Assembly (NCBI RefSeq): GCF_902652985.1
Contig: NC_047028.1
Span: 35,464,001 to 35,528,000, forward strand
Direction: 5' to 3'
DNA: 64,000 bases
DNA from: Pecten maximus
Taxonomy: Eukaryota
Part shown: piece by piece, positions 37,162-50,777 of the stretch
Layout of the letters: each line of letters starts with the position of its first letter
Numbering within the stretch: position 1 is the first letter of the stretch
Translations under genes and position numbers: made by a program
Notes under the pieces: generated by a model
Seen by the model: the letters and a program-made list of their open reading frames with translations, nothing else
The model's database searches: none
What the model was told of the DNA's origin: nothing

Positions 37162-39914
37162 AAATAACTTCGAAAGTGACCTCTTTATAATCTGTAATTT
37201 GCGCTATTTTAACTTCACTTGGAGATTGTGAGCTGACCAGTCTGTATCTCTAGATCTCTGTGTTTTGATGTTTCTAATTTTGATTTTTCAATAATTCACA
37301 ACATTACATCGCATCTATACTTCGGATCATTCATTATTCAACATCTTATACCAATATATGTTTTAACGTTTACTAGGGCATTATAACGTGTGTATGTGTC
37401 CAATTATCAATTATGCCGTAAGAGGGGGATATGCCCGTGGGAGCCATTAATTAGACATGATCATTTGACAAGAAAGCTTCCTGTATGCCATATTATGGGC
37501 TAAAAAGGCTCCATCATTCCTGAGTTTACGGACCTTTGTTTTGTGAACTTTTAGACTTTCTTTACCTCAACATTTGCAGATTTTTTGTTTGTGTGGTTTA
37601 TACGGATATATACGGGTATCAAACTACAGATAACAATTAACGAATGAATATCAAATTAAGTGAATATCACAAGTATTTTTGCATTTGTTTTTAGATAATC
37701 CGGATTTCCGTTTTTAAAAAAAATACCTAGTAGACGTAGTGCATAGTAAACGTAGCCATGTAACAGCGGATTTTAATCAGATATAACTTAACATGAACTT
37801 AACACCGTCACAGAAGTTCGTCGCAATCGAAAATTTGGTCGTGAATTCGGTATTTTGCAAATTATTTCAAAATACTTTCAGGTAAAAGAAAACAAAAATT
37901 TTCGTAAAAATATCGATTTTGGGTCGACTATCGGCCATTTCGGTAATTCAACTCCAACGACAATCGGGCCGCGATTCGCAAATGAATAATTAATTTAAAA
38001 TTCGGTCAAATAAACCTCTAATATTTTATATATGATACAATCAGGCATTGCAGAACATATATTTTGGTCAATCCTCTGAAAATAATGCCAATTTATATTA
38101 TAATTAAGCCCGATTTTTCTTCGTTTCGGTATTTCCAAGTCTGCTTCACGTGTGGTCCGTTTCAGTAAATATTCTCGTCTTTGCCGAAATAAAAACAAGC
38201 TACATAATTGTTCATTTTAAACATGACAACAACTGCCAACCACACGTATCCAAAAATGTTATTGTTGATATCATCTGAATATTGCCGTAGTTATCTGTCA
38301 CTTCGATTGTAAACCCCATGCCAAAGTGAAGGAAGAATCGACCAATCAAATTTGTTTATTTTTGATTTCCGTAAATCTTGCAGTTACCTCCCTTACAACA
38401 GTAAATACGTTCCAATTATCGCCTACAACAAGCAATCTCGTGCACATAGAAAGATATCATTTGCATTTGATTTATTGGGTCATTTTCGTCAAAGGAAAAT
38501 GGTATATGGAAATCGATGACAATTTTAACGCTATGACCAGTCACCCTGACCACAAATGCCACCTAATTGTAAGTCTATACATATGTACAGTTCTTTCTCG
38601 CAAACACGTACAGTAACTACAGTATAGTATGATACAATGTATCGTCTCGTATGCCGTCATTGATATATTTCTTTCTCTAAATTATAGAAATACACACCTA
38701 GTTGATAATGATGTAACAATCTAGAATATATATATTACACATTTAAGTAAATCGCGGACAAATTTGCAGACCTATGCTATAATGTCAGCCGTTTTGGAAT
38801 GAACACAGAAGAGCAAAACTTTCTAAACATCCGGAGACGAATGCGCCTGCGCAATAGTTGTTTACATAAATATATTGACCTGGACCGGAGTTATTCGCAA
38901 AGTTCATGTTCATTTAGTCTTCTCATTTCGCTAGCGTTATGCATTTCTCAAATCGTATGCATCTTGAAAACACCTACTGAATACATTTCAACCTTTTCGG
39001 TAAAACTACTATATAAAACGAAGATGTTTTTGCAAGTAAATTATTTGAAGCGTAAGGCAATGGGGGCAGCCATATTTCATTGAAACAGACAGTAGATGGC
39101 GTATTGGTGAATGTGGCTACCATATATGGTTATATTTCTCAGTCCAGTTCTTGATCACAATAACCGAACATTAATGTTCGTTTAAAAAGTGCAGATTTTT
39201 AAATATTATGAACATTTTTTACAGCGTATATATTTTTGTTCAATCCTCCTTAATTGGAAATAGTTTAAGAACATTAAACACAAGTTTTGATGCATGTTTC
39301 GATGATGATAACAGGCATAATAATTGACATAGCACTGCATCAGAAAATTATGTTTCCTGTCCAAGATGTGGATATTTGAAACATTTGATTCAACAACTTT
39401 TGTAGAGATTGCATGGAAACATCGAAGAGATAAACAGACAACTTGCAAGGAGCTATTGTTACGTAAGTTTAAAATTTTGTTTGGAAATCCAAAGAAATTA
39501 ATTTTGATTACAACCGATTATTAACTCACTACTGTTTTATATTAACTAATATTAATTAGTGATATTAAGACTTACTTTTTGCAACTTAGTTATCTTTCTA
39601 ATTTTCAATAATTTATAAAAAAAAAAAACCCGAAAAGTAATATTTGGTTTCCCATCATGAGTGTTTCATTATCCTGTTTAGTATACTGGACACAATTACC
39701 TTCTTCTATGTATGCTTATCAATAATTATTTACTTGTTGGTTATTTTGAAGGTTGTTTTAAGTGATAATTAAATTTAAGAAAACAAAGATAAAAGAAAAA
39801 TTCTAACTAAAGTGATGTAAATGAACTAAACTATGTAATATGAATATTGATGTTTTAATAGCTTTTTTAATGAAAAGAAGAAAAGAATTTACTTCAGTCA
39901 TTATTGCATTGCAG

Positions 39915-42193
39915 GGAGATTCTCAACACGTCACACAAAGAAACCCAAGTTATGTCAATTTAGACTCTCAGGATAAAGAAGGGAGATTCTCAACACTTCA
40001 CGCATAGAAACCCAAGTTATGTCAATTTAGACTCTCAGGATAAAGGGAGATTCTCAAAACGTCACACATAGAAACCCAAGTTGTCAATTTAGAATCTCGG
40101 GATAAAGAAGGGAGATTCTCAACACGTCACACATAGAAACCCAAGTTATGTCAATTTAGACTCTCAGGATAAAGAAGGGAGATTCTCAACACTTCACACA
40201 TAGAAACCCAAGTTATGTCAATTTAGACTCTCAGGATAAAGGGAGATTCTCAAAACGTCACACATAGAAACCCAAGTTATGTCAATTTAGACTCAGGATA
40301 AAAAAGGGAGATTTTCAACACTTCACACATAGAAACCCAAGTAATGTCAATTTAGACTCTCAGGATAAAGAAGGGAGATTCTCAACACTTCACGCATAGA
40401 AACCCAAGTTATGTCAATTTAGACTCTCAGGATAAAGGGAGATTCTCAAAACGTCACACATAGAAACCCAAGTTGTCAATTTAGAATCTCGGGATAAAGA
40501 AGGGAGATTCTCAACACTTCACGCATAGAAACCCATGTTATGTCAATTTAGACTCTCAGGATAAAGGGAGATTCTCAAAACGTCACACATAGAAACCCAA
40601 GTTGTCAATTTAGAATCTCGGGATAAAGAAGGGAGATTCTCAACACGTCACACAAAGAAACCCAAGTTATGTCAATTTAGACTCTCAGGATAAAGGGAGA
40701 TTCTCAACACTTCACACATAAAAACCCAAGTTATGTCAATTTAGACTCTCAGGATAAAGAAGGGAGATTCTCAACACTTCACACATAGAAACCCAAGTTA
40801 TGTCAATTTAGACTCTCAGGATAAAGCGAGATTCTCAAAACGTCACACATAGAAACCCAAGTTGTCAATTTAGTCTCTCAGGATAAAGAAGGGAGATTCT
40901 CAACACTTCACACACAGAAACCCAAGTTATGTCAATTTAGACTCTCAGGATAAAGCGAGATTCTCAAAACGTCACACATAGAAACCCAAGTTGTCAATTT
41001 AGACTCTCGGGATAAAGAAGGGAGATTCTCAACACTTCACACACAGAAACCCAAGTTATGTCAATTTAGACTCTCAGGATTAAGGGAGATTCTCAAAACG
41101 TCACACAAAGAAACCCAAGTTGTCAATTTAGACTCTCAGGATAAAGAAGGGAGATTCTCAAAACGTCACACATAGAAACCCATGTTATGTCAATTTAGAC
41201 TCTCAGGATTAAGGGAGATTCTCAACACTTCACGCATAGAAACCCAAGTTATGTCAATTTAGACTCAGGATAAAAAAGGGAGATTTTCAACACTTCACAC
41301 ATAGAAACCCAAGTAATGTCAATTTAGACTCTCAGGATAAAGAAGGGAGATTCTCAACACTTCACGCATAGAAACCCAAGTTATGTCAATTTAGACTCTC
41401 AGGATAAAGGGAGATTCTCAAAACGTCACACATAGAAACCCAAGTTGTCAATTTAGAATATCGGGATAAAGAAGGGAGATTCTCAACACGTCACACAAAG
41501 AAACCCAAGTTATGTCAATTTAGACTCTCAGGATAAAGGGAGATTCTCAACACTTCACACATAAAAACCCAAGTTATGTCAATTTAGACTCTCAGGATAA
41601 AGAAGGGAGATTCTCAACACTTCACACATAGAAACCCAAGTTATGTCAATTTAGACTCTCAGGATAAAGAAGCGAGATTCTCAAAACGTCACACATAGAA
41701 ACCCAAGTTGTCAATTTAGTCTCTCAGGATAAAGAAGGGAGATTCTCAACACTTCACACACAGAAACCCAAGTTATGTCAATTTAGACTCTCAGGATAAA
41801 GCGAGATTCTCAAAACGTCACACATAGAAACCCAAGTTGTCAATTTAGACTCTCGGGATAAAGAAGGGAGATTCTCAACACTTCACACACAGAAACCCAA
41901 GTTATGTCAATTTAGACTCTCAGGATTAAGGGAGATTCTCAAAACGTCACACAAAGAAACCCAAGTTGTCAATTTAGACTCTCAGGATAAAGAAGGGAGA
42001 TTCTCAAAACGTCACACATAGAAACCCATGTTATGTCAATTTAGACTCTCAGGATTAAGGGAGATTCTCAACACTTCACGCATAGAAACCCAAGTTATGT
42101 CAATTTAGACTCCTAGGATAAAAAAAGGAGATTATCCGCACTTCACACATAGAAACCCAAGTTATGTCAATTTAGACTCTCGGGGAAAAAGAA
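39915..42193. repeat. 64-67 bp satellite array, about 35 units, with alternating variants
   Basis: Unit ggagattctcaacacttcacacatagaaacccaagttatgtcaatttagactctcaggataaagaag; measured periods 67, 64 and 65. Confidence 0.97.
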
Positions 42194-44504
42194 GTGATTT
42201 TTTTCATCTAAATGACTTTAAATAACTTCTCATTTCCCGTTTCTTTAATTCCTTTGGTTCAAATGAGCTTAATCTTTACAGGGGTGTTGTTTTTTGAGAA
42301 TGTTGGAAATCAAAGAGGGCTGCCTGGCACATTGAAAAGAGAGCACTAACTGTGATATTTCAATGAAACTTGTCAAAAGTGGTTCTGAGGTGATCTTTAA
42401 AAATGTCCTGCAACTTTTATGTTTTGCTATGGTTGGTGGGATCTACTTTTGCCCTTTTTTTATTTAACATATGATTAACTTCCGAAGAGTTATGCCAGTG
42501 GGAACATCATGCTGACAAAACTGTTTGTGATATGTATGTACAATATAACTTGTAACAAGTGCTTTATAAATAAATTTCAGATTTTTTTTAAAGAGAATAA
42601 GTGTATCTTAAGAAAGATTGGGCAATGATTACATATTTCATGGTTGTTACAGATGTATCCAGAAGCCCTTCCCACACTTGCTCCAGTGCCCCCAAATCTG
42701 CATTCTTCCAACAGCACTTCAGTGGAGGTAAGAACTTGTTTTAAATCTTCAAACAGAAAGTGAATGTACATGTACCTGTTATAACAGGTTCCAGTGTATG
42801 TACACTGGAAGAAAAAACTCCTCAAAATGACGAACTTAGTTAGTCAAGTCCCTGTTGAAGTCCGTCAAACTGTACTCTACGAATCATCCCTATCAGTTTG
42901 ACAAATCCTCTTGGTCAGTTAATCAGATAACCCGACTTCCGATCTCTAGTGAGGTAACACTTCCCGCCACTAAACAGCATATCTTTTTTGTGATCATATT
43001 TCACAAGGAGTGACCGCTACTATACGTATACGCGCGCATGATGCAGTCTTTTCAATAGATCAGCACATCCCTCTCTAAAGGAAGTTTATTTCGTCGACGA
43101 AGTATACAATGTAAGTAGTTTTGTTTGTTCATAACTTGCATATGAATTTGAGTAAAGATCTATCTATATATTGAGGCAGGGACACTATTACAACAGCATG
43201 TATTGCACACATGGGCTCAGTTTCGAGATTTTGTGTAGATCTAATATCTGACGATAATGGTTATTTCGGTTAATCATACAACTGTATACTGTTTATGCCG
43301 CGGAATCATTATTTAAAAAAGTTTTAGAATTGTGCTGATGTATTAAAGAACTACGGACTTATTAATTAATAGGACATGTCTAAGTCCTTGCATGGTAGAA
43401 CTGTTTTTTTTACCGATCCACTGTGAAATTGCAGCTGATTAAAATTAGTTGTATTTCTTCTTTATAAATCAACAGACCTCTTATTGAGGTAAAAAAACTG
43501 GGAATCTAATATCTCTAAAAATTGTGTATGCTGTGCTACACAATCTTATTGCTGAAAAACGCGGAAGTTCCAGAGCCAATATGGCTGCACCCATGTCAGA
43601 CACTGTGTTTATAACATATAGAGCATTGATGTGATTTACACTCAGTTTGTTCTTCACTAGTACTGCCGATATTGTGTCCGGTACGAGTCAAAATTTGCCT
43701 TTGATATTAATGTGTTATCAATAGAAAAAATAGGCAACGTTTTTACATTCAACAAAATATAATGATACGTTTGCAATAGGCACGTGTCTGTATGAAAAAA
43801 TATATATCTGAAATTTGAATCGTATAGATCGTCTATTTTTGGATAAAATGACACAGCTGGTCAACTGTTTTCTATGTATATATATCGTGGAAAATGAGGT
43901 GTAACTTCATAGAAATTGTCAACATCAGTATAAAAATGTAATCAATATATTAATTTACAGTATAAGTGCCTTGTTATGTGTGTATGTTATGTTACCATTC
44001 CAGTAGTAAAGACATACTTCTCTTATTGTATTACAGTTGTAAAAAGAAGTGCCTGCCTACGAGTATTTCCATATATTTTCATGGAAAAGATGTATGTTTT
44101 GAAAAGTGTTGAAAGTGACATGCAGGTTAGTGAAGTCTATATTTCATATCTTATAAACAGAAAGTATGTACTAAGATTGACTACTGATCTATTCACACCT
44201 TCATGCTGCATTTAGTTGAAACTTTGTTTTGTAATGGAAACACTTTCAAAAGTCTGATTTTTCAAACCAATCTTGTAGTTGTTTACACTAAATTATGTTT
44301 GTGCTACTTTCAGGAGGACTAAGCAGGGATGAAACTGAAGTACCATGACGTCATGACAATCATGGATGATAACTTTTGTGTTGAAATAGATGGGGAACAC
44401 TTTTTAAAGGGATTCTGGGGCGTTAAAAAATGCTCATATTCATCTAGAAACTAGATAAGAGTCTGGAAACAGACAACTTGATCCTGAAAAGAGATACAGG
44501 TGGT

Positions 44505-45670
44505 AATTAGGGCTTTTCACCAACTGGTGAAAAGACCTATTGTTTTTGTTCTGTTTATTATTATTATTATTATTATTATTCTGCACTCGATTTTGCGTCA
44601 CGATTAACTCCAAAATGGTAGGAGGTATGTCAGTAACATTTATATAGCATATGTTAAAGGGGTGTGGTCATCTATTATTAAGTAGGTCAAAAAGCCAATA
44701 TGGCCGCTATGACGTCATACCTAAAAAGTTTAAAATGACCATAACTCGAAAACTATTTGATCTACAAGGTTCATGCAATTATATTATATGTAGAATAATT
44801 AAGGGGCTAACTTGTTGCCATGCCATGTTAATACAAAATATGCCTAATAAAAAAGCTCGCTTAGGGGTCAAGTTAATCTATTTTTAGAAAATCTTTATTT
44901 TTCAAATTTTTTTTTCGGAATATGATGTAGTACGTTATTCCGATGATTTTGATGTCTTTAGTTTTTCGGTAATGTTTGCCGTTAAGGCGTTATGCCACTT
45001 TGAATATTTATATTGTTCTTTTTTGCATCAAGACCATGCACATTTTAATTTTCTTCTCAAATTCCACCAGTGCGATTCAACACAAACTTTGACAACATCG
45101 CTATAATATTGTACTGACCAGGTTTTGAATTCTTGGGCTCGGTCCGAAATTCAATATGGCCGCCATGACGTCATATATTTAAAAGTTTAAAATGGCCAAA
45201 ACTCAAAAAGTATTCATTTTATAAAGATCATGTAATTATGTTATTTGTAGATAATGCCTAGCACTAACTTTTACTCACCAAAAGTTTTAAGGTCAGAGAT
45301 AAAAGAGTCCGTTATGGGGTCAATTTAGTCTATTTTTAAATGTTCCAAAAAACAATCTCAGTATGATGCAGCATGTTATTCTGATGATTGTGATGTTTTT
45401 AGTAACATTTGCCGTTAAAGCGGTACGATATTTTAAATTAATCTGGCATCTGAGATATAACGTTAGTTGGACGAGGGGAGATAACTCGTACAATGTGTTG
45501 TACGAGTTACCTCCCCTCGTCCAACAATTGTTGTAACGTTTCATCTCAGATGCCAGATTAATTCAAAACTAGAATGTGGATGACCTTTTAAGTGTTAAAT
45601 ATTTTGTTTACCTTTGGAAAAACCAAGCCTTTAGGTCATTTATGGTAAGAAGGTGAAAAGCCCGTCAAAC
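44505..45670 (-). mobile_element. HINE/DINE-1-like element with an (ATT)n tract
   Basis: Hairpin cttttcaccaactggtgaaaag, (att)n, aatatggccgccatgacgtca core repeats, and distal inverted ggtgaaaagccc. Confidence 0.6.
45436..45563. repeat. ~128-nt near-perfect inverted repeat (fold-back / mini-MITE)
   Basis: aattaatctggcatctgagat...ttggacgaggggag.taactcgtacaa | ttgtacgagtta.ctcccctcgtccaa...atctcagatgccagattaatt. Confidence 0.9.
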
Positions 45671-48049
45671 TGTTAGCCAACAAATTACCTTTTGCTATTT
45701 TATATCAAAAATGAAAACAAATGACAAATTATTATGTTTAATTTTGATGCTGCTGTGTCCCAAGATGTTAAAAGAGTCACACCTTTGGAATAAAGTTGAA
45801 TTATCTACATACCAAAGAAAATCACATCTTTTTATTATAGTAATTTGTATATATTAAAACTAAGAGATTTTTCAAGACAAACATTTCATGATGATGAAAT
45901 ATTTTCACTAGATCAATTATTAATTTATCAGTTGCAACTTTCTTTTTTCGCCTGATGTTTTAAAATCAGAAAAGCGAATAAATAAAGTGTGCATTAAACT
46001 GCTGATGGACAGGAAATTCACATTTTCTTGTGACTGTTAAATCTTTTGCACATGTCTGTTGTGAAGTTCTTTATTTTACTTGTGTCTTAGTATTATCGGG
46101 CAAAATACCAGTTTTCATCATGCATGTTGAGACCTTATTTTATACATTATAATAGAAATATGATATCTTGGTATCCTTTTATTACCTGGCCTGTTCAAAA
46201 AGTCATACAAGTGCTTATACGATTAATGTTTTGGTGGTGAAGACATTGTCCACACTTGTGTGAATCTTTTTATTGAGGTTTTCACAAACATAGTAGTAAA
46301 TCTACAGCCTTGAAACTTCACATATAGATTCCTTTCAGCTAGTTCTTTATTCTTGGGTGATTTTATCCTTCTAGTTGAACTTTTACCATTTTTCACCCTA
46401 TAACATTAATAATCTTGAGTAACAATACTGCGATAAGGTTTTTATTTAGTAAATTGATCACAAAGTACTAAACCCACATTTATAAAACTTCACATTTTTA
46501 TACACTGGTTAGCTTAAAAGCAAGTTGTAAACTTCTCATCGAAATTTAGTTTTTTTTAAAGGAAAACAGTGCTTCATAAATGGTTAAGTTTTTGTTTGAT
46601 ACATTTTATTTGATGTGTTTAATCAAGTTTATAACTGGAGATAAATTCCAATTTCTGTTTTATTATTTTTATCAAAATGGTTTACAAATGCTATTGGCAA
46701 GGAAATTGCAGCTTCCTAAATCAACAAAATTGCCACTATTTGCTGCCATCTTATTGGTCAATATTTTAGAAAATTGGTCCTGTTTGGATGAACTATGATT
46801 TGCAGGTGAATTATGGTTTCACAAACTCTGTCGTGAGTTAAGATTTCATGATCAAACAAAATTGCCACCATTTCCTGCACGCGTATTGGTCTCAAAATAA
46901 ATAGTGTCCGATTTTATTAGAATTTTGTTATGCGAGTGTATTATGGCATTGCAAACCAAAATTTGGAGGTTTGTGGGACATCTCCTCTGTAATGGTCTCT
47001 GATTAAAATTAATACTTGTTTTCAATCACTTATCCGTGAATATTGGAAATGTTAAAAATATCTTGCTCTGATTATGTTGATTGTGTACCCTATTGGAAAG
47101 GGTTTGTAATGGCCACTGATGTATTATGAAATTACATGTTTACCAAGCTGATGGAAGGCCAAGAGCTGGGCGGGTGCCATCAGCATCGGCTAATGCTCAC
47201 CATGTAAGTGGAACAATGATAATTATATATTTAAACTATCATACAATTTTCAATACTTAAAAAAGTTTCTTATAATAGAGATAAGTCAAAGTGCCCAATC
47301 ATATTTGTCTTTTAACTTTATTCTACATAACTTTTATTGCAAATGTGTATTGTTTCATTGGCTTCAGTAGGAAATATGACTATAGGTTAGGCATGGTTGC
47401 TTAAACTATATTAAGACGGTACCAATTGGACTCATTTTTCGACTTTCGCAACTTATAAATTGTGTATAATTTCCAATTATCATGGTGAGACCTCTTGGTG
47501 ATGACTTCCATTTATAAATTTTACAGTCAGCCCTGAGTGTGCTTTGGGAAACTTAAAGGATCATGTACATTGTTATAATTATCGTGAATAGGAGGATTAC
47601 ATACCCAAAATTATTTCTCCAATAGTACATCAGAAACTAAAGAAAATAAAATCAATTTTCAAGTATTTGTTATTCTTACAGATGGTTGAGCTATTACCTG
47701 GAACTGGGGTTTACGTTTATCCAAAACATATAACAGTAAAAAGAAAGCAGAAGGGAACACAGGTTGCCAGATATCTAATGTCAGTGTTTCACACCAACAC
47801 CGAACTTGTTGAATGTGGTAAGGTAACAGGATGCCATGGAAAGAAAGGCATGGACAAGACCATTGTCAATACCATTGAAGATAATTATAGATACAATAAC
47901 AAAAACACTGGCTTATCTCATATATTGCATGAAGATACAAACTGTAGGTGTAAACAAGGAAATTGTACAAATTTTACAACTAGTATCTCCCTACTGTGAA
48001 TCCTGACCCACAGCCTCTTGGAATATGTCAGGGGCAATATGGGCATATA

Positions 48050-48250
48050 GTGTTGAATTATAACTTTTTTGTACCCTTTTTGTAACTTTTTTTAGGTACA
48101 GAAAAGTTATCAAATATTATAACTTTTTAGTACTAGATTGGAACCGCTGTTTCAAAGTGGTTCAAATCTAGTATAAAAAGTTATAGCTTTTTTGTACCGA
48201 AAGAAGTATAACTTTTTGTACCTTTGTTCGGAATGGGTTACCACCAAGGG
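48050..48250. mobile_element. EnSpm/CACTA-like terminus with subterminal ataactttttgtacc repeats, ending ...gttaccaccaaggg
   Basis: Direct and inverted copies of a short motif cluster before a GGG end. Confidence 0.5.
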
Positions 48251-48308
48251 ACTAGAGGTTAAATAAGAGAATACATGTGATGAGCTGGAAATTGCAGCCA
48301 TTCTGACT

Positions 48309-48915
48309 TTGGAGTATGGTTCAGATGACCGTAAATCTATAATGAGTTTACAAATTCAGTCACCAGGTGTTTATACAGTAACAGAAAAAGAGGCTGATGA
48401 GGATCTTATGTCTGTCGTTGGGGACAGACTACAGGAAGTATGTCAACAACAATTGGAGTGTCCAGATCTATCACCTATAAGGTTATATTTGGAGAAGGGA
48501 CAACTCCCTGAAGATAAACAAATGGAAATCAAGATAGTGGCTGAAAGTCAGCACTATGCCTTGCTCAATGGATTATTGTACCATTTATGGGATCAACGAG
48601 CCCGGAAACTACCCAAGGACATTAGAGTGATGAAACAATTAGCGATTCCCACATCAATGTGACGCGAATTGATGAAACATTGCCATGACACTCTGACAGG
48701 AGGAGCACATCAAGGCTTTGATAGGACTTACAATGTTGTGTCATCACGATACTACTGGCCTAGGATGTATAAACATATACATGAATAAGTGTCCTCTTGC
48801 TCGGCATGTCAGAGAGCAAAACAACCACCAGTAAACCATAGAGCACCTCTTCATCCTCTGCCAACTGTTAATACCTTTGAACGATGACACATGGATATTC
48901 TGGGACCTCTACGCA
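48309..48915 (+). mobile_element. Gypsy/Ty3 pol fragment (integrase H2C2 zinc-binding region), with stops
   Basis: Reading through stops gives ...LLNGLLYH...QLAIPTSM*RELMKHCHDTLTGGAHQGFDRTY...RYYWPRMY...CSACQRAK...PLHPLP...FER*HMDILGPL. Confidence 0.92.
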
Positions 48916-50777
48916 AGTGTATGTTAGGTGTATGTACACATGGATATGTAAATAACAGCTGGACTGGACTCCCCATGGCTTTGACTGACCATGACAGTAA
49001 ACTGGCCAGGCCAGGGACCCCACTGAGCCACCCACTGGGCTACAGAGGCAGATCTCAGTTGATGTTTACAATGACTTGTGCTTGTTAATAATATTTAATA
49101 TAGAATAAATCAAAGCAGGTTTATTACTATATGTATATGTATGTATATATCAGTAAGAAATAATTAGTAGTTTGTTAAGATGTTTTTCATATTTCTGTAC
49201 ATTAATTAGTTCTAATGTTAGGTCTAGTTAAATATCAGAATTAGAGACTTTATGTAAATTATTTTAATTTACTTAAGTTTATAAATTCATTTGTGACATG
49301 TTATAACAGTAATAGGAAATAGGGAACTTCACCTATAATTGCATATATTTCCATTCCATACTGCTTATGTAGTTTTGACAAAACAGTACACCAGTCACGG
49401 ACCATAACCATTAGATTATTTTCAAATTAACAAATTGTAATCTTATCTAATAAAATCCTCATGAAAAACGGCAATGTAGTTTGGTACAACTTGCCTTCTT
49501 TTTCTCACTTTTGATCACTTGATTAGTCACGCGACAGCTGAAGTTATCCCTGTTCCGCTGCAAAGCTATTTATAGAACTGTTAACATTTTACTACGTAAA
49601 CACGGTTGGTTTTGGGCTTATATTAACTGTTCATGCATATGAACTCATGATGAACATATGAGTCTTAGACATGTGGATAGTTTATCTGCACTGGGACGCA
49701 TGTAAATTTCCACGACGATCAAGCTGAATTTTTTACTTTCGTTTTCAAGGCAGGAATGAGACAGAACAACGTAATCCTATGCCAACAAAATAGCATATAC
49801 TTGTGAGGAATTGTTTATGTTTACAATCTAAAATGATCTAGAACACCAAACATTTATATTTCATTTTAAATAAATGCAGTAAACACGGGAACCATCAGTT
49901 AAATCGTGTTGATAATTGCTGTCAAAATAGGAAGTATATTTGGCTGTGGATGAATATCGTTTGTGTAAAAAGAGAACTTGTTAGCCGGAAACAAATGTGT
50001 CACTAACAACATTTACCCACCACGACTATAACGTGTTTTTGCACTTCTGGAAATCCCATGAAAACTTAGTTTCGTCGCCATGAATTAATTGAATATCCCA
50101 TGACTATAGAATGTGTATTAAATCCATGCAATGAAATACAGTATATAATACTGTATCTATGAAAATAAACTGGGAAAGGGTTCAGTTATGTTAATGGCCA
50201 TGAATTTTTGTACAATCCTATTTTCATGGCCATTGATTTGTCAATTATTGCCATGAATTTTAGAATAGACAATTAGTTGTATTTCATGGCCATTGATTTA
50301 CAATTGTTGGCCATGAATTTTACATGGCAAACATGTAAGGATTTTCTGCCCATGAGTTACAAGTTGATAATGGCTATGAAAAGTGTGCATATCACTTGTC
50401 GATGATTTATGGCCATGGAAATTTACAAATTTATGAAATGTAAACCATAATTTCTTTTTTTATCCCAATATCATGAATGGGTAAATTTGATTGATCAATA
50501 TTATGTATTATCAATATCAATGCACGTTTAATATTATAATGAAACAGACTGAGTTACATGTACCTCTGGCAAATTTAAATAAAGACAGTATTTACATCAT
50601 AACATGTATACTTTTTTATATTTATATCCATGTCATACTTAACATGCTAAGGTAATTATAGTTAATCAATAAGTACACAGTCTTTTACCAGAATTGTTTT
50701 TACGTCATTTGTATACATATGAGAATCACATGCAACACCTACCTACTGATCATGACCACTTTCAGTTTATTTTTGCA

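Larger units (their letters stand above)
39406..47880 (+). pseudogene. Multi-exon BEN-domain gene, disrupted; candidate exons 39406-39462, 39915-(39981...42193), 42653-42727, 47148-47203, 47682-47880
   Basis: The last exon, MVELLPGTGVYVY...QVARYLMSVFHTNTELVECGKVTGCHGKKGMDKTIVNTI, fits BEN domains. Upstream exons have AG/GT ends and phases 0-0, 0-1, 1-1, 1-0 that chain in frame. The donor at 47881 looks mutated (ataatt). Confidence 0.62.

Noticed and set aside
37960-38775. Possible TIR element (..ccgcgatt.. / aatcgcggacaaatttgcagaccta)
   Set aside because: The left end is too degenerate, and there is no TSD or coding remnant to support it.
39915-42193. CRISPR array
   Set aside because: No unique spacers, no cas genes, eukaryotic context; it is a head-to-tail satellite.
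44315-44502. Exon-like segment as part of the BEN gene
   Set aside because: It has stops in the required phase, and the exon chain is in frame without it.
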